From Eledone cirrhosa (Eukaryota), in assembly GCA_964016885.1 (NCBI GenBank), contig OZ024740.1, positions 74,524,001-74,588,000 on the forward strand: a stretch of DNA of 64,000 nucleotides. Reading direction: 5' to 3'. Of this stretch, positions 37,575 through 49,122 are shown piece after piece; the first letter of the stretch is position 1; each line of letters starts with the position of its first letter. A model generated the notes under the pieces. It ran no database searches, was not told the DNA's origin, and saw nothing but the letters and a program-made list of their open reading frames with translations. The translations under genes were made by a program, and so were the position numbers.

Positions 37575-39950
37575 TATATATATTCAAAGTCTAAACTCCA
37601 GGGCCTTCTCACTCTTATTGGAGAAACCCCTCCCTGGTTGACCTCCGCTGCTTCCTATCTCTGGCCATATTTGGTCAGATCATTGTGCCATTTGGACTTT
37701 GGCAACCCTCTGGTTCTTCTTCACTGCCTTAGTGTCCATTCTATCACTCTAATAGTCCATCTGTTTTTTTCTGAAACAAGAAATGTTGCCAGCCCATCTG
37801 TTTCCTGATGGTCTTGAGTATGTCATTCACTCCAGTCTGCTGTTGAATCCAGGTGCTGCTCTTCCTGTAATGTAAGGTGATGCCGAGCACGAATCACTCC
37901 ATTTTAAGTTGGGCCATTGTAGGAGTCTCTGCAGTGGTGGTGTTGAGTGCCCATGTCTCACTTCCATATGTCCTCACTGGTAGAACATATTTGTTAAATA
38001 GCTTTCTTTTGGTTCCAATTGTTGACCTGGAACTTCTAATGGTATTATAATAAACTTTTCCAAAAGCTGCCCAGTCAAGCACTATCCTTCTTTTGACCTC
38101 CAGAAGTAGGGCACCATCTCTTGCAAGCTTCTTTCCAAGGTACACATAACTGTCTACTTCCTCGATGGTCTTTCCATCTACAATAACTCGTGATGGTTTT
38201 GTATGGCTGTTAAACAGGACCTTGATTTTCCCAAGATGAATGTTAAGGCCTACTGGCTGACTCACAGTGTGAATAGTATGTCTAGGTGGCATAGTTCACC
38301 ATCTCAGTTGACTTTGTTGATGATGATGTCTTGTAAACAAGATGTAAACATTCTCATGGAAATGTTGTCTCCTTGTCTTGCTCCTCTTTCTAACGTGAGC
38401 TTGTCACTGTCTTGGTGTAATCTGAGAGTGGATGTAGCGTCATTGTAAAGATCCTTTACTAGTGTGACGTAAGTAGGGTCCACTCTTTGTTTCTCTTGTG
38501 CTGTGAATAGTGGGTTAAACTCAATGGTGTCAAATGGCTTTTCAGTCAATGAAGGCAAAACAAAGAAGGACGTTGTAGTCATTTGCTTTCTATTGTAGTT
38601 AACTACCTGGATGTGATCTATTGTTGAGAATCCTGAACTGAATTCCACCTGCTCTTTTGGTTGGTGCAGTTCTAATGTTCCAAGCATCCTCCTGAGTAGG
38701 ATGTATGAAAACATCTTGTAAATGGTGGGTAGGAGGCTGATTGGGCAATAGTTTCTGAGGTCTGCTTTATTACCTTTCTTGTGGATTAGGACTATTACAG
38801 CATTCTTCCAGCTGTCAGGAACACAGCCTTCTTCTAGACAAGTGTTGAAAAAAAGAAGGGGTGCAGGTGAACTCCTCAGTCAATGGCCATCCACCCCAAT
38901 TATGGGTTAAATAGCCTCACCAACCTGCAATTCGCAAAGCATGGCGAGCATGGCTACACACCTGAAGACATGACCAAAACTGGACAGAAATGACCCTCAG
39001 TCCCAGCAGCTCCAGAATCACCACCCAAGGCAGTTGGAGGACGGATGAAAAAACAGAAGGTGCTATGAATCACTGGGTTCGAACAGTCTGCTACTGGAAT
39101 ATGAAAATCCAGATAGACCTGGTTATCACCCAACAGAAGCACTAAGAATAAAATTGACTACATCCTGACAGACAAGCTGTCAGTCATCAACAATTTCAAT
39201 ACAGGTAGAGACCACCATCTACTGCACACTTCTTTGACAATCAACACGAAGCTGGAGCAGGCTAGACTTGCCAAACACCTTTAGAAACCGAACCTGATCA
39301 TACTATTTGACAAAGCCACAGAATTCCAGTTACGACTGAACAATAAGTTTGAGGTACTGGAGCAACACCAGTCAGAAGAAGACATCAGCTCCTATGTAAA
39401 CAGCATTATCACTAGCATAATGGAGACATCAATAACAATCACCGGGAGTGGAAAGCCACCTAATGAGGACAAGTTTTCAAATGAGACAAAGAAACTAAGA
39501 GAAAAGAGATAACAGATGAAGAGAGATGAGACAGACACCCAAAATGCTGAGTATTCTGAAATCTGAAAGGCTACAAGACGTTACATGAAGGAAGACGTCA
39601 CCTGACATGCTGAAGAGCAGAAGCTCAAAGCCCTGAAAGAGAATGAAGGATTGAATCTAAGCAAAAGGAAGTGTCTAGGCAAAGATAACATCATTACTTT
39701 GTTAGAAGAGAACAGTACGAAGATTTCTACAGCAAACTATGCAGCACAAGACAGCCTCAGGACCAACCATTTTCCAGTAACAAAACCTCAACATCTACAC
39801 AACCTCCTCCTATTGTTCCATCAGTGTCAAGGGTGAGCATTAAATGATTAAAGAGAGATAAGGCACCAGGCATAGACAACATCATTCTAGGTATAACCCA
39901 TGATGGTGGAGAGCCTGTTGTCATGGTACTCAACAAGCTCTTCAACATAT
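37575..39950. mobile_element. decayed RTE LINE with inverted 5' half (3' half minus 37575-38850; 5' half plus 38858-39950)
   Basis: Minus: FNTCLEEG..HKKGNKADLRNYCPISLL..RGARQGDNIS..TYGSETW. Plus: NKIDYILTD..DHHLL..DKAPGIDNI..KLFN. Confidence 0.85.
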
Positions 39951-40329
39951 ATACACACACACATACTTCAAAATGGCAGACTGAACACACACATGCTTTT
40001 ACTCCCACCAAATTTTTTTCCGTTTCTTCCTCTTCTCACTCTCGTCTATCTTTTATTTCTTATTCTATCTTCTGATGAAGAATTAGCATCCAAAATGTTA
40101 AGACTCTTTTCCACCTATATCATGTATTAAACTAATATATATTTCATTGTACTGTATTGTTTGCTTCGTTGTTTTCCATTTGGTTTTCCCCCACACACAC
40201 ACACACATATGTACGTAGGACTAATATTAGTTATGTTAGTGCTGCACATGATAGTGGGGTGGCTATAGTAGCCATGTGCAAGAAGCTCTCAACTGTCACT
40301 AAGCAATAACACACCCTTTTTCCCTTCCA

Positions 40330-41945
40330 GGATCTAATCTCTGTCAAGTAACACATCTCAGGGCTGCCACTCTCAATGTGGGCATTATGAAAGGTAGATC
40401 AGGAAAAATTGTGGAGTTGCTAAACAAGAGATGAGTGGATGTATGCTGTGTACAAAAGGTGAGATGGTGCCACCACAGTGAGATTACTCACAGGGAAACA
40501 ACATAGATACAAGCTTTTTGGGGTAGGAAATGCTGATGAGGTAGGTATTATAGGCATTCTGGTTGAGGAGAAATGGATAGATAAGATAATAGATGTAGTT
40601 AGAGTGACAGAGCTATCAAGCTCAGAATAGTTGTAAGCAATAGAAGGTGACAACTACCTCTACCTATGCAGCACAAGCAGGACTGTGTAAAGAATAAAAG
40701 GACCATTTCTCTGAGGAACATTTACAGACAACCTCAGTTACTGATGACAGAAATCTCATCATCTTGGCAGCCAACTTCAATGGACATGTTGAGCAACACC
40801 AGGATATGAGGTACACGGTGGATATGGTTATGGCTCAAGAAATGGAGAGGAAGTGAGGTTCTTAGAATTCTGCAATACAAGTGAACTATTTGCAACACTA
40901 ACTCCAGTAAAACAGCCAGCCACCTAATCACCTACCAATCAGGCAAACACACAAGCCAAATTGATTACTTACTTGTCAGACAACGAGATAGACAGACAGT
41001 TATAAATGCTAAGACCTTCCCTGGAGAAGAATGCACAGACTAACACAAGTTAGTTATTAGTGACATCAGAATAAACAAGACATGCAGGAAAATATGGTAT
41101 GGTAAGTATAGAAGCTAAAGGACCTTTCTGTTAAATATAGGCTCAGAAAGGCTCTATGGGATGCATATGATAAGAGGGGAGACAAGTTAGATACATATGA
41201 CATAGAGGACAATTTGAAATTCTTATGTGTTAACCTACTGATGAGACTTGTATTCTAGAGCAAGTACCAACCAGACACAAGGTGACTTGGTAGTGGAACA
41301 GCACAGTGGATAAAGCCATTAAGGCCAAAAGACAGGCATGGAAAGCAGAGACCAGTACCATGTAGCTAAAAGATTATATATAGCATTTTAAAAAAAGGCT
41401 GAAAGAAGAAGGTTTGCCAATGTTTTATAATGTGAGGTATTCCACATTGCATGGCAGTATGTCAGGATATTGTTGGGGAAATGTGTGTTAGAAATGACAT
41501 TGGAACACTTAGCACCACTGATGTTCAAAGGAAAGAGGCCAGAAAATGTTATGAGAGATTGATGAATGGGAAGAAGAAAGACTACCTCCAGTTGACCAAG
41601 CTAGCAAAATCAACAGTTATAAGGTCAAGGAGATAAAAAATGGCAAAACTGTGGGATCATTAGAGATAGTTGCTGAGATGCTGAAAGCATCTGGGAAAGT
41701 AGGAGTTGAGCTAGTCTCCCACACAGTCAATCAGATAATACAAGGGGTCACACACAATGACTGGCACAACAATGCAATTGTAAATTGCTACAAGGGAAAA
41801 GGTGATGCTCTAGAAAAGAGCAACTATCGAGGAATAAAAATAAAGGATAAAGTTATGAAAGTGATAGAAAGAGATCTAGCACAGTTAATCAGGGAAAGAG
41901 CCAAATTATGAAATGCAGTTGTTTTGTGCCTGGGAGGAGCACCAC
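40330..41945 (+). mobile_element. decayed RTE LINE 5' part
   Basis: Colinear with 1566-3230 (LRAATLNVG.., IVAEMLKASGKVG..CYKGKGDALEKSNYRGIK). Confidence 0.85.
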
Positions 41946-42714
41946 CCATATCCTAACACCCCACCCTCACTCCCATCCCTAGATCTACTTCCCAAATCCC
42001 CATGCACCTCCTCCACCCAAGCCCCCAGTCCACACTGTAAAATGGTTGTTTTGGTGTCACAACAAAAGCACCCAGCCCTCACTGTAAAGTAGTCATGTTG
42101 GTGTCATGACAATAGCTTCCAGTCCACACTGTAGAGTGGTCATATAGGTGTCATCACAAAAAGCACCCAGTAAATGTTGTAAATGTGATTACATTTGCAT
42201 TAGGAAGTGCATCCAGCCAGAGACACCAAGCCACAATCAGTTCTGTATGAGTAAGACATGGTCATCTGACCTGGCTTATCTCGCAATGGGACAACTCCTC
42301 AAACCCATGCTAAAATGGAAAATGAACGTTAAATGGTGATGATGATGTATAGATATGTATTATGTTTAACAGATGATTGGCTCAAGATCCATACGGGTGT
42401 TATAGACCTGACTCCAGAATCAGTCTGTTTAAGAAAAGTCTTATTAGTTTCACACTTTATAGCGTGAAACTACTAAAACCTTTTATACCTGTTTCATCGT
42501 TTCCTTGAACTATATTTTTCACACTTATGCGACAATCCTTGTATTTCAAACCTTATTTACCCACACCTTGTGGCTTCTCTATTTTACCATCCTGTCCAGC
42601 CAGCAGATTACTCACGGACCTCGAATATTGGATTTATATATATATATATTGCAAGCAGGGAAGAGTAGACGTAAAATGAAAATGATGATGATATATATAT
42701 ATATACACACATGA

Positions 42715-43315
42715 AGAACTAGCCCAGTGCAAAGCATTCAAATACCTAGGCAGCACCATCTCAGATAATACACAACTGAACAAAATAAAATCATATACAG
42801 AATGAGTAGAGCTAGCACTGCATTTGGCAGGCTATAGGTGAGGCTGTGGAAAAATAGGCATGTTTCTATATAAGTCAAATGTAAGATATACCAGGCTATA
42901 GTACTTTCTTCCCTACTGCATGGAGATGAAATCTGGACAGTCTATAAAGCTCAAGTAGACAAGTTACACTGTTTGACAAGATTAGGAATGAAGAGATCCT
43001 CTAGAATGCTAGTCTGCCTCATATAATGGAAACCCTGATTTGGTAGAAACTTAAAATGATTGGGACACATACACAAAATGGACAACAGCAGACTTCCTAG
43101 ATAACTTCTTTACTTCCAACTATGCACAAGGAAAAAACCCAATGAAGACCTAGTCTGAGATTCAAAGATACTGCAAAAAAGGAATATGAAGTGAAAAGGA
43201 ATTGGTCATACCAAATGGCAAACTCAAACAAAAAACTGACCAGTATGGAGAAAGCTTATCAAGCCATGAACAGTCATAGTCTTGTCAACTGACTGCTTGA
43301 TGATGATGATGATGA
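42715..43315 (+). mobile_element. RTE LINE 3' fragment (different subfamily)
   Basis: FKYLGSTIS..ASTAFGRL..KIYQAIVLSSLLHG..; (gat)n tail. Confidence 0.75.
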
Positions 43316-43987
43316 TATATATATATTTATATATATATATACATGTTGATATCATCATAATCGTTTACCATCCTCTTGGATGGGTCTACATAGATCAAGT
43401 CAGTACTGAAGTGGGATACTGACATCCTGGACAGGGTCTGCATCTGAATTACGTACGGTCTCACATTCTACCGAGTGCACAGGAGAGGTTGTCGTGTTTA
43501 GCAAACTTTTTACATTGGATGCCCTTCCTATCACCAACCACTTCACATTAGGTGTGTAATAAGTGCATTTATCATGTAGATCACCAATGCAAAGGAGGCT
43601 GTCATGTCCTTGACACGAATGAAGGGTCCTCCTAACCCTTTGTTTGGCAAGCTCTTTAAGGTTGGATTCAAGAATTTACAGAATCCCCTAATGAGAAAAT
43701 AGATACCAATGCCACAAGAAAACACAAAGAAGAAAAAAAGAATTGGCGAGTCATATGTTGACTGGACTTTTGCAAATATGAAAATGTTTGCTGCGACATA
43801 TCAACTCCTTCACTGGTGTTGGTTGTTGTTGCAATGATCGCATAACAGCTCCACAATGGTGTCACTGAAATATGTATTATCCAATAAATATGACTATGTA
43901 ACGTTTGTCTTCACATTAATTTCACACACATATACATATCTCATAATTGAGATATTCAGAAATGTGTTTGGATTTATGTTATTGATG

Positions 43988-44058
43988 TTGTTTAATAGAT
44001 TCTGAAGAGATCAAATTCCTGATGTATTGATTGAAACATTTGTAAATCAATTAAATAA
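43988..44058 (+). ncRNA. type I hammerhead ribozyme-like motif
   Basis: Stem I ttgtttaatagatt/aatcaattaaataa (13 of 14 pairs); CTGAAGA 44002-44008; stem II gatcaa/ttgatt; GAAAC 44033-44037; loop attt; GUA site at A44044. Confidence 0.8.
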
Positions 44059-44151
44059 TTTAATGTAATTTAATCCTGGCTATTTTTATTCATTTATGTA
44101 TATATATATATATATATATCATCATCATCATCATCAAGCAGTCAGTTGATC

Positions 44152-44204
<53 letters not shown>

Positions 44205-44207
<3 letters not shown>

Positions 44208-44755
44208 AAATTAGGCATACGAGAGATCAGATGCAGTTTACTAGAGAGGAGATTGCGTTGGTATGGTCATGTGATGCGTATGAAGGACAACAGTTGTATA
44301 AAAAGTGGAGGGCGATCAAAATTGATGGAAGCTACGGAGTAGGTAGACCCAGAAAGACCTGGGACGAGGTGATAAAAGCTGACCTTGCACACTTTCACCT
44401 CTCTAAGATAATGACACAGAATCAAGATCTTTGGCGTTATGCAGTAATACAGAAGACCTACCTTCCCTTGCGCACAGACTTAAACCTACACTCAGTAGGC
44501 ACCTCTTAATTCAATATACCCACTACACCTCCCTCCTACTTCCGCCCACACCGCCCTTACTCTGTAAAGTTATGTTGGTACCACAAAACATCCAGCCCTC
44601 ACAGTAAAGTGGTTGTGTAGGTATCACAACAAAAAGCACCCAGTCCACAGTGTAAAGTGGTCATGTAGGAGACACGGTAAAAAGCACCCAGTACACACTG
44701 TAAATGTGGTTGGCATTAGGAAGGGCATCCAGCCAGAAACAGTACTATATGAGCC
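44205..44755 (+). mobile_element. 5'-truncated RTE copy with SINE-like 3' module
   Basis: RAIKIDGSYGVGRPRKTWDEVIK..QKT, then the module with gttggcattaggaagggcatccagcc. Confidence 0.8.
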
Positions 44756-45339
44756 AGACACATACATATCATCATCATCATTTCATTTTACGTCCGCTTT
44801 ACCCTGCTTGCAAGGGTGGGACGGGAACTGATTCAGGCTTGATTTCTACAGCTGGATGCCCTTCCTAACACCAACCTCATTTACAGTGAGTGGTGGGTGC
44901 TTTTTTTCCATGGTGCCTACACATCCACTTTACAGTGTGGGCTGGGTGCTTTTTTGCCGTGGCACCTCCACGACCACTCTACAGTGGAATGATATGGACC
45001 CCAGTCCTATCATCTCATTTCTACAGCTAAGTAAACTGGAGCAATGTGAAATAAAGTGTCTTGCTCAAGGAAACAACACATCACCTGGTCTGAAAATTGA
45101 ACTCACAACGGGTCCCATTTAGAGGCAAGTTGGGTCGGGTGACCATGTTTTGCTCATATAAGGGTGTTTCTAGCTGGTTTTCTACGGCTGGATGACCTTC
45201 ATAACACCAACCACATTGACAATCTGTGCTGGGTGCTTTTTGCTGTGGCTTTTACATGTCCACTTTATAGTGTGGGGTGGAGAGAATACTTTGCTGATCT
45301 CCAAAACACAACCACAACAGTATCTTCTGATGTACATGA

Positions 45340-45890
45340 TGTGCATCTGGAAGCAATGTCTAACCTCTTGGAGGCTGAGGTCACAAGAGCAACTTAAGAG
45401 CTCAAATGTGGATGAGATTTGGCCAGAGATGTTAAAAGCCTTATATAGAGAAGGTATTTTCTAGCTGACTCATGTATGCCAGGGGACCTGAATCTCTGGA
45501 AAGGCACCTAAGCAATGGTAATCAGGAATGATAATCCTAATTTTCAATAAGTGAGACAAGAGAGATTACCAGTAAACGTTAACAAGGAGATACCTCTATA
45601 ATTATAGAGGGATCTCCTTGTTAAGCCTCCCTGGTAAATTATATGCTAAGTATCTGGAAAAGAGATGTAGGAATATTGTCAAGTCAAATCTAGCTTATGA
45701 ACAGTGGTTTTCCCCCCAGACACAGCAAACCAAATATTCACAATGTGGCAGATCTTTGAAAAATTGTAGAAGTTTTGCCAAGATGTGCATGCTTGCTTTT
45801 TCGTAGACCTCAAAAAGGCATATGACCGTGTTCCTCAGGAACTGTTGTGGAAGGTTGTGCAGGAGTATGGAATCGATGGACTTCCACTGG
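45340..45890 (+). mobile_element. RTE LINE RT fragment
   Basis: VDEIWPEMLKAL, YRGISLLSLPGKLYAK, FVDLKKAYDRVPQELLWKVVQEYGIDG. Confidence 0.8.
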
Positions 45891-46360
45891 AATGTATCTT
45901 AATTGAATGTCAATGGGAAAATAGGTTTTGCGTTATGGCAAAACTTTCAAAAACACAATGCTTACAAAATACAATGCTTATAAACATACACATATTTATC
46001 ATCATCACCGTTTAACGTCCATTTTTCCATGCTAGCATGGGTTAGATGAGTTGTCCTGTTGTGAGACAAGTTAGATCATAGAGAACTGTTTCTGGCTTGG
46101 TTTCTATGGCTGCATACCCTTCCTAATACCAACCACATTTACAGCATGGATTGAGTGCAAACAATATACTGATCATACAAAAATATCTTAGCTATCAATT
46201 ATAATGTGTATGAAGGTGTGTGTGTGTGTGTATGTTTGTATATATATTTTGTTTATATCTGTATGTAATAGTACATTTGTGATTATTTTGTAATTCCTTG
46301 AAAATGAATATCACAGACACATCATTACAAAAAAAAAAAATAGATTTTTCAATTTTGGTA

Positions 46361-46831
46361 TTATACACCATAAGTGTTGTTTTGTAATCCTGAGAAATTT
46401 TCTGTGAGAATGTTACTATTCAAAATGTCTTCATCTGTTGATGTCATTAAAGAAGATTCCTGCGTTTCAGTTTGGTTATTTTCAGTCTCAATATTACGTT
46501 GTGTTTCAGAATTAGTTAACTCATAACTTTCAAAGTGACCATTTACATGTAACTGTTCTGAAATGAAGTCCTGAGAAACAGTTTCAGACATATTTTTCAT
46601 ATTTTCAGATGAACTGAAAGCTGCCATTGAGTTGGTACTATCCTGAAGTAACCGTTCTGATTCCACAACACTTTCACCATCACAGGCAGCGTACTGGTGA
46701 ATTCTATGTTCCTGTATTTGCTGTCGCAATAGCTCCTTTTGTTCTGACTTTTCATCCTTGTAACATACAATGTATTCAAACATTTGGTATAGTGTGAAGA
46801 AGACCAGGAATATACTAGTTGCAACCAAAAT
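46361..46831 (-). CDS. PCSK7: proprotein convertase PC7, terminal exon (TM + cytosolic tail)
   Basis: tcatag| ILVATSIFLVFFTLYQMFEYIVCYK..NNTYGV TAA; 471 nt. Confidence 0.88.
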   Translation of the reverse strand: MLVATSIFLVFFTLYQMFEYIVCYKDEKSEQKELLRQQIQEHRIHQYAACDGESVVESERLLQDSTNSMAAFSSSENMKNMSETVSQDFISEQLHVNGHFESYELTNSETQRNIETENNQTETQESSLMTSTDEDILNSNILTENFSGLQNNTYGV

Positions 46832-46963
46832 CTATGAAAGAACACATACAAAAATAATTAAATGAGAAAACAAGAACACTTGCACTATATTATATCACAC
46901 AGATGAAGTTAAGTTTATATGTGGTGGTTGATTGGCAGAGCTGTTAAAATATTGGATAAAATC

Positions 46964-47500
46964 TGTAGTGACCTACATTCCGCGGGCTCACATACATTCT
47001 CTGTGCGTGATTTGGCTCAGTTCAGCCAATCAGCGCCAGTAGAAGAGGATGTATCCCTACGCGCCCTGAGGAAGAAATTCCCCGTGAAGATTTGAAGAAT
47101 CTCTCTCTTGTACCGGAAACTTCAAGCCAGCAACACGCATAATGTAACGGTGAGATATTGCACCCTAGCCTCGCCGGCTTAACGGCGCAATGGCACATTC
47201 CCTTTTGTAACCTCTTTTTATCTGTAACTTCAACCATATAAGTTAACAAACATTATTTGTGCTACATCAAAAATAAACATACATTTCATCTCTAATTACT
47301 GCTGTTGAAATCATTATTATGTTACTCGTGTCTCAATAACATATATAACCCATGCTGCTGGAATTGGCGACCTGACGAAAGGAATATTGTAAATAGATGG
47401 TAAATAGATCGAGGGACCTTCCCTCACGTCTATGTCAACAAGATAATCCAACGAGGATACTATCACTTACCACACTGGCAACTAACGACCATTCTACTAA
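46964..47500 (+). mobile_element. possible LTR-retrotransposon LTR plus PBS fragment
   Basis: Starts TGTAGTGA right after a SINE head; CpG-rich; AATAAA 47272-47277; TGGCGACC (PBS-like) 47365-47372. No second LTR or TSD seen. Confidence 0.35.
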
Positions 47501-48074
47501 TCATTTCTGCTAAAAATCTAAATCTAAAGTCTGTCACAAGCCAGGAGGCTCATCAGGAGACTGGTGCTTCTCCTAGTTTTGTGGTATGATGCGACTGAGA
47601 GTACAAGACTCCCCGCTGAACAGGACGCCAGTCAATCGCAGGGTTAAACCTCCAGCTGTTGCTGGTACTCATTTTCAGTTGAGTATACTAGAGCAACATG
47701 AAATGAATTGTTTTACTCAAGAAAACAACACACAACCCAGCCCAGGAATCAAACCCACAACATTATAATCGTAAATCCAACACCCTTACCACTAGGCCAC
47801 ACGCCTCCACATATTGGATAAAATGCATTGCAATATTTGTTTCAAATCTCTGTGCTCTGCTTTCGAATCCATCAAAGTCTACTTTCCCTTTCAGTCTTCT
47901 GGGGGTCGACAATGAAAGTACCAGCCCAGTGCTGATGCAGCTATCTCTCCTCCTCACTGTCATATTCTGGATAGTCAACTGCTCAAGAGGATGTTTGTGT
48001 TTGCCCACCACTACATGGACACTGTCCTTCCCTCCCAGACTAAACAGAAAAAGAAAAAAATTCTTTCATACATG

Positions 48075-48510
48075 TCTTATTGATCACTTGACAATAGATT
48101 GTTGATCACTAACAATAATTTATTGATCAGTGACAATAATTTATTGATCACCTGACAATAAATTGTTGATCACCAGACAATAATTTATTGATCAACAGAT
48201 ACAGTTTATTAATCAACAGATACAGTTTATTAATCAACAGATACAGTTTATTAATCAACAGATACAGTTTATTAATCAACAGATACAGTTTATTAATCAA
48301 CAGACTACAGTTTATTAATCAACAGACTACAGTTTATTGATCAACAGACAATAGATTATTGATTACTTGATTATAAATTATTGATCACCAGCCTATAAAT
48401 TATTGATCATCAGACTACAGGTTATTGATCAACAGATTACAGTTTATTGATCACCATACTATAGATTATTAATTCCCTGACTATGTTTATTGATCATCAG
48501 ACTAGAGATT
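48075..48510. repeat. 21-22-bp minisatellite
   Basis: Unit tttattaatcaacagatacag, homogeneous in the centre and diverged at the edges. Confidence 0.92.
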
Positions 48511-49007
48511 AGGTAACCATATTATTCATTTAATCTTTTATATGTTTCAGTCATTAGACTGCAACAATGCTGGGGCACTGCCCTGAAGGGATTTAGTTGA
48601 TCATATCAATATCAGTACTTATTCTATCAATCTCTTTCTGTCAAACCACTAAGTTATGGAACAAAAACAAACAGACATGAACACACATATACACATATAT
48701 ATGATGGATATCCACACAATTTCTGTCTACCATATTTCACTTGCAAGGTATTGGTCAACAAGAGAATATACTAGAAGACACTTGACCAAGATACTATGCA
48801 GTGGTTGTATATTAACAATGAACTCCTTAACTACACAGTCATGTCTGCACTTAAAAGTCTCTTCTATGTGATAAATCCAAAATAAAGTTAGTTACATATA
48901 TAGTATATTAATGGATATTATTACTGTTGTAGTGCACCTGAGCACTGTGCACAATAATTTTCATTATTATTTTTTTCAAACAAGAAGACAAAAAGTTATA
49001 TCTTTAC

Positions 49008-49122
49008 CTTAAGAATTTTTTCTGAAATTGGAATGATAATTTTGCCATGTTTTGGAAGAGTTTGGCAAGGCACAGATTTATTCTTGAGTATTACTGAATT
49101 TTCTATGGCTAATAAAACCTCA
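49008..49122 (-). CDS. PCSK7: PC7 exon (juxtamembrane luminal stalk)
   Basis: tttcag| (H)EVLLAIENSVILKNKSVPCQTLPKHGKIIIPISEKILK |gtaaag; phase 2 to 0 fits both neighbours. Confidence 0.8.

Noticed and set aside
47060-47110. CTGAGGA..GAAG (and CTGACGA at ~47372) as hammerheads
   Set aside because: GAAA is missing or out of register and there is no stem I pairing.
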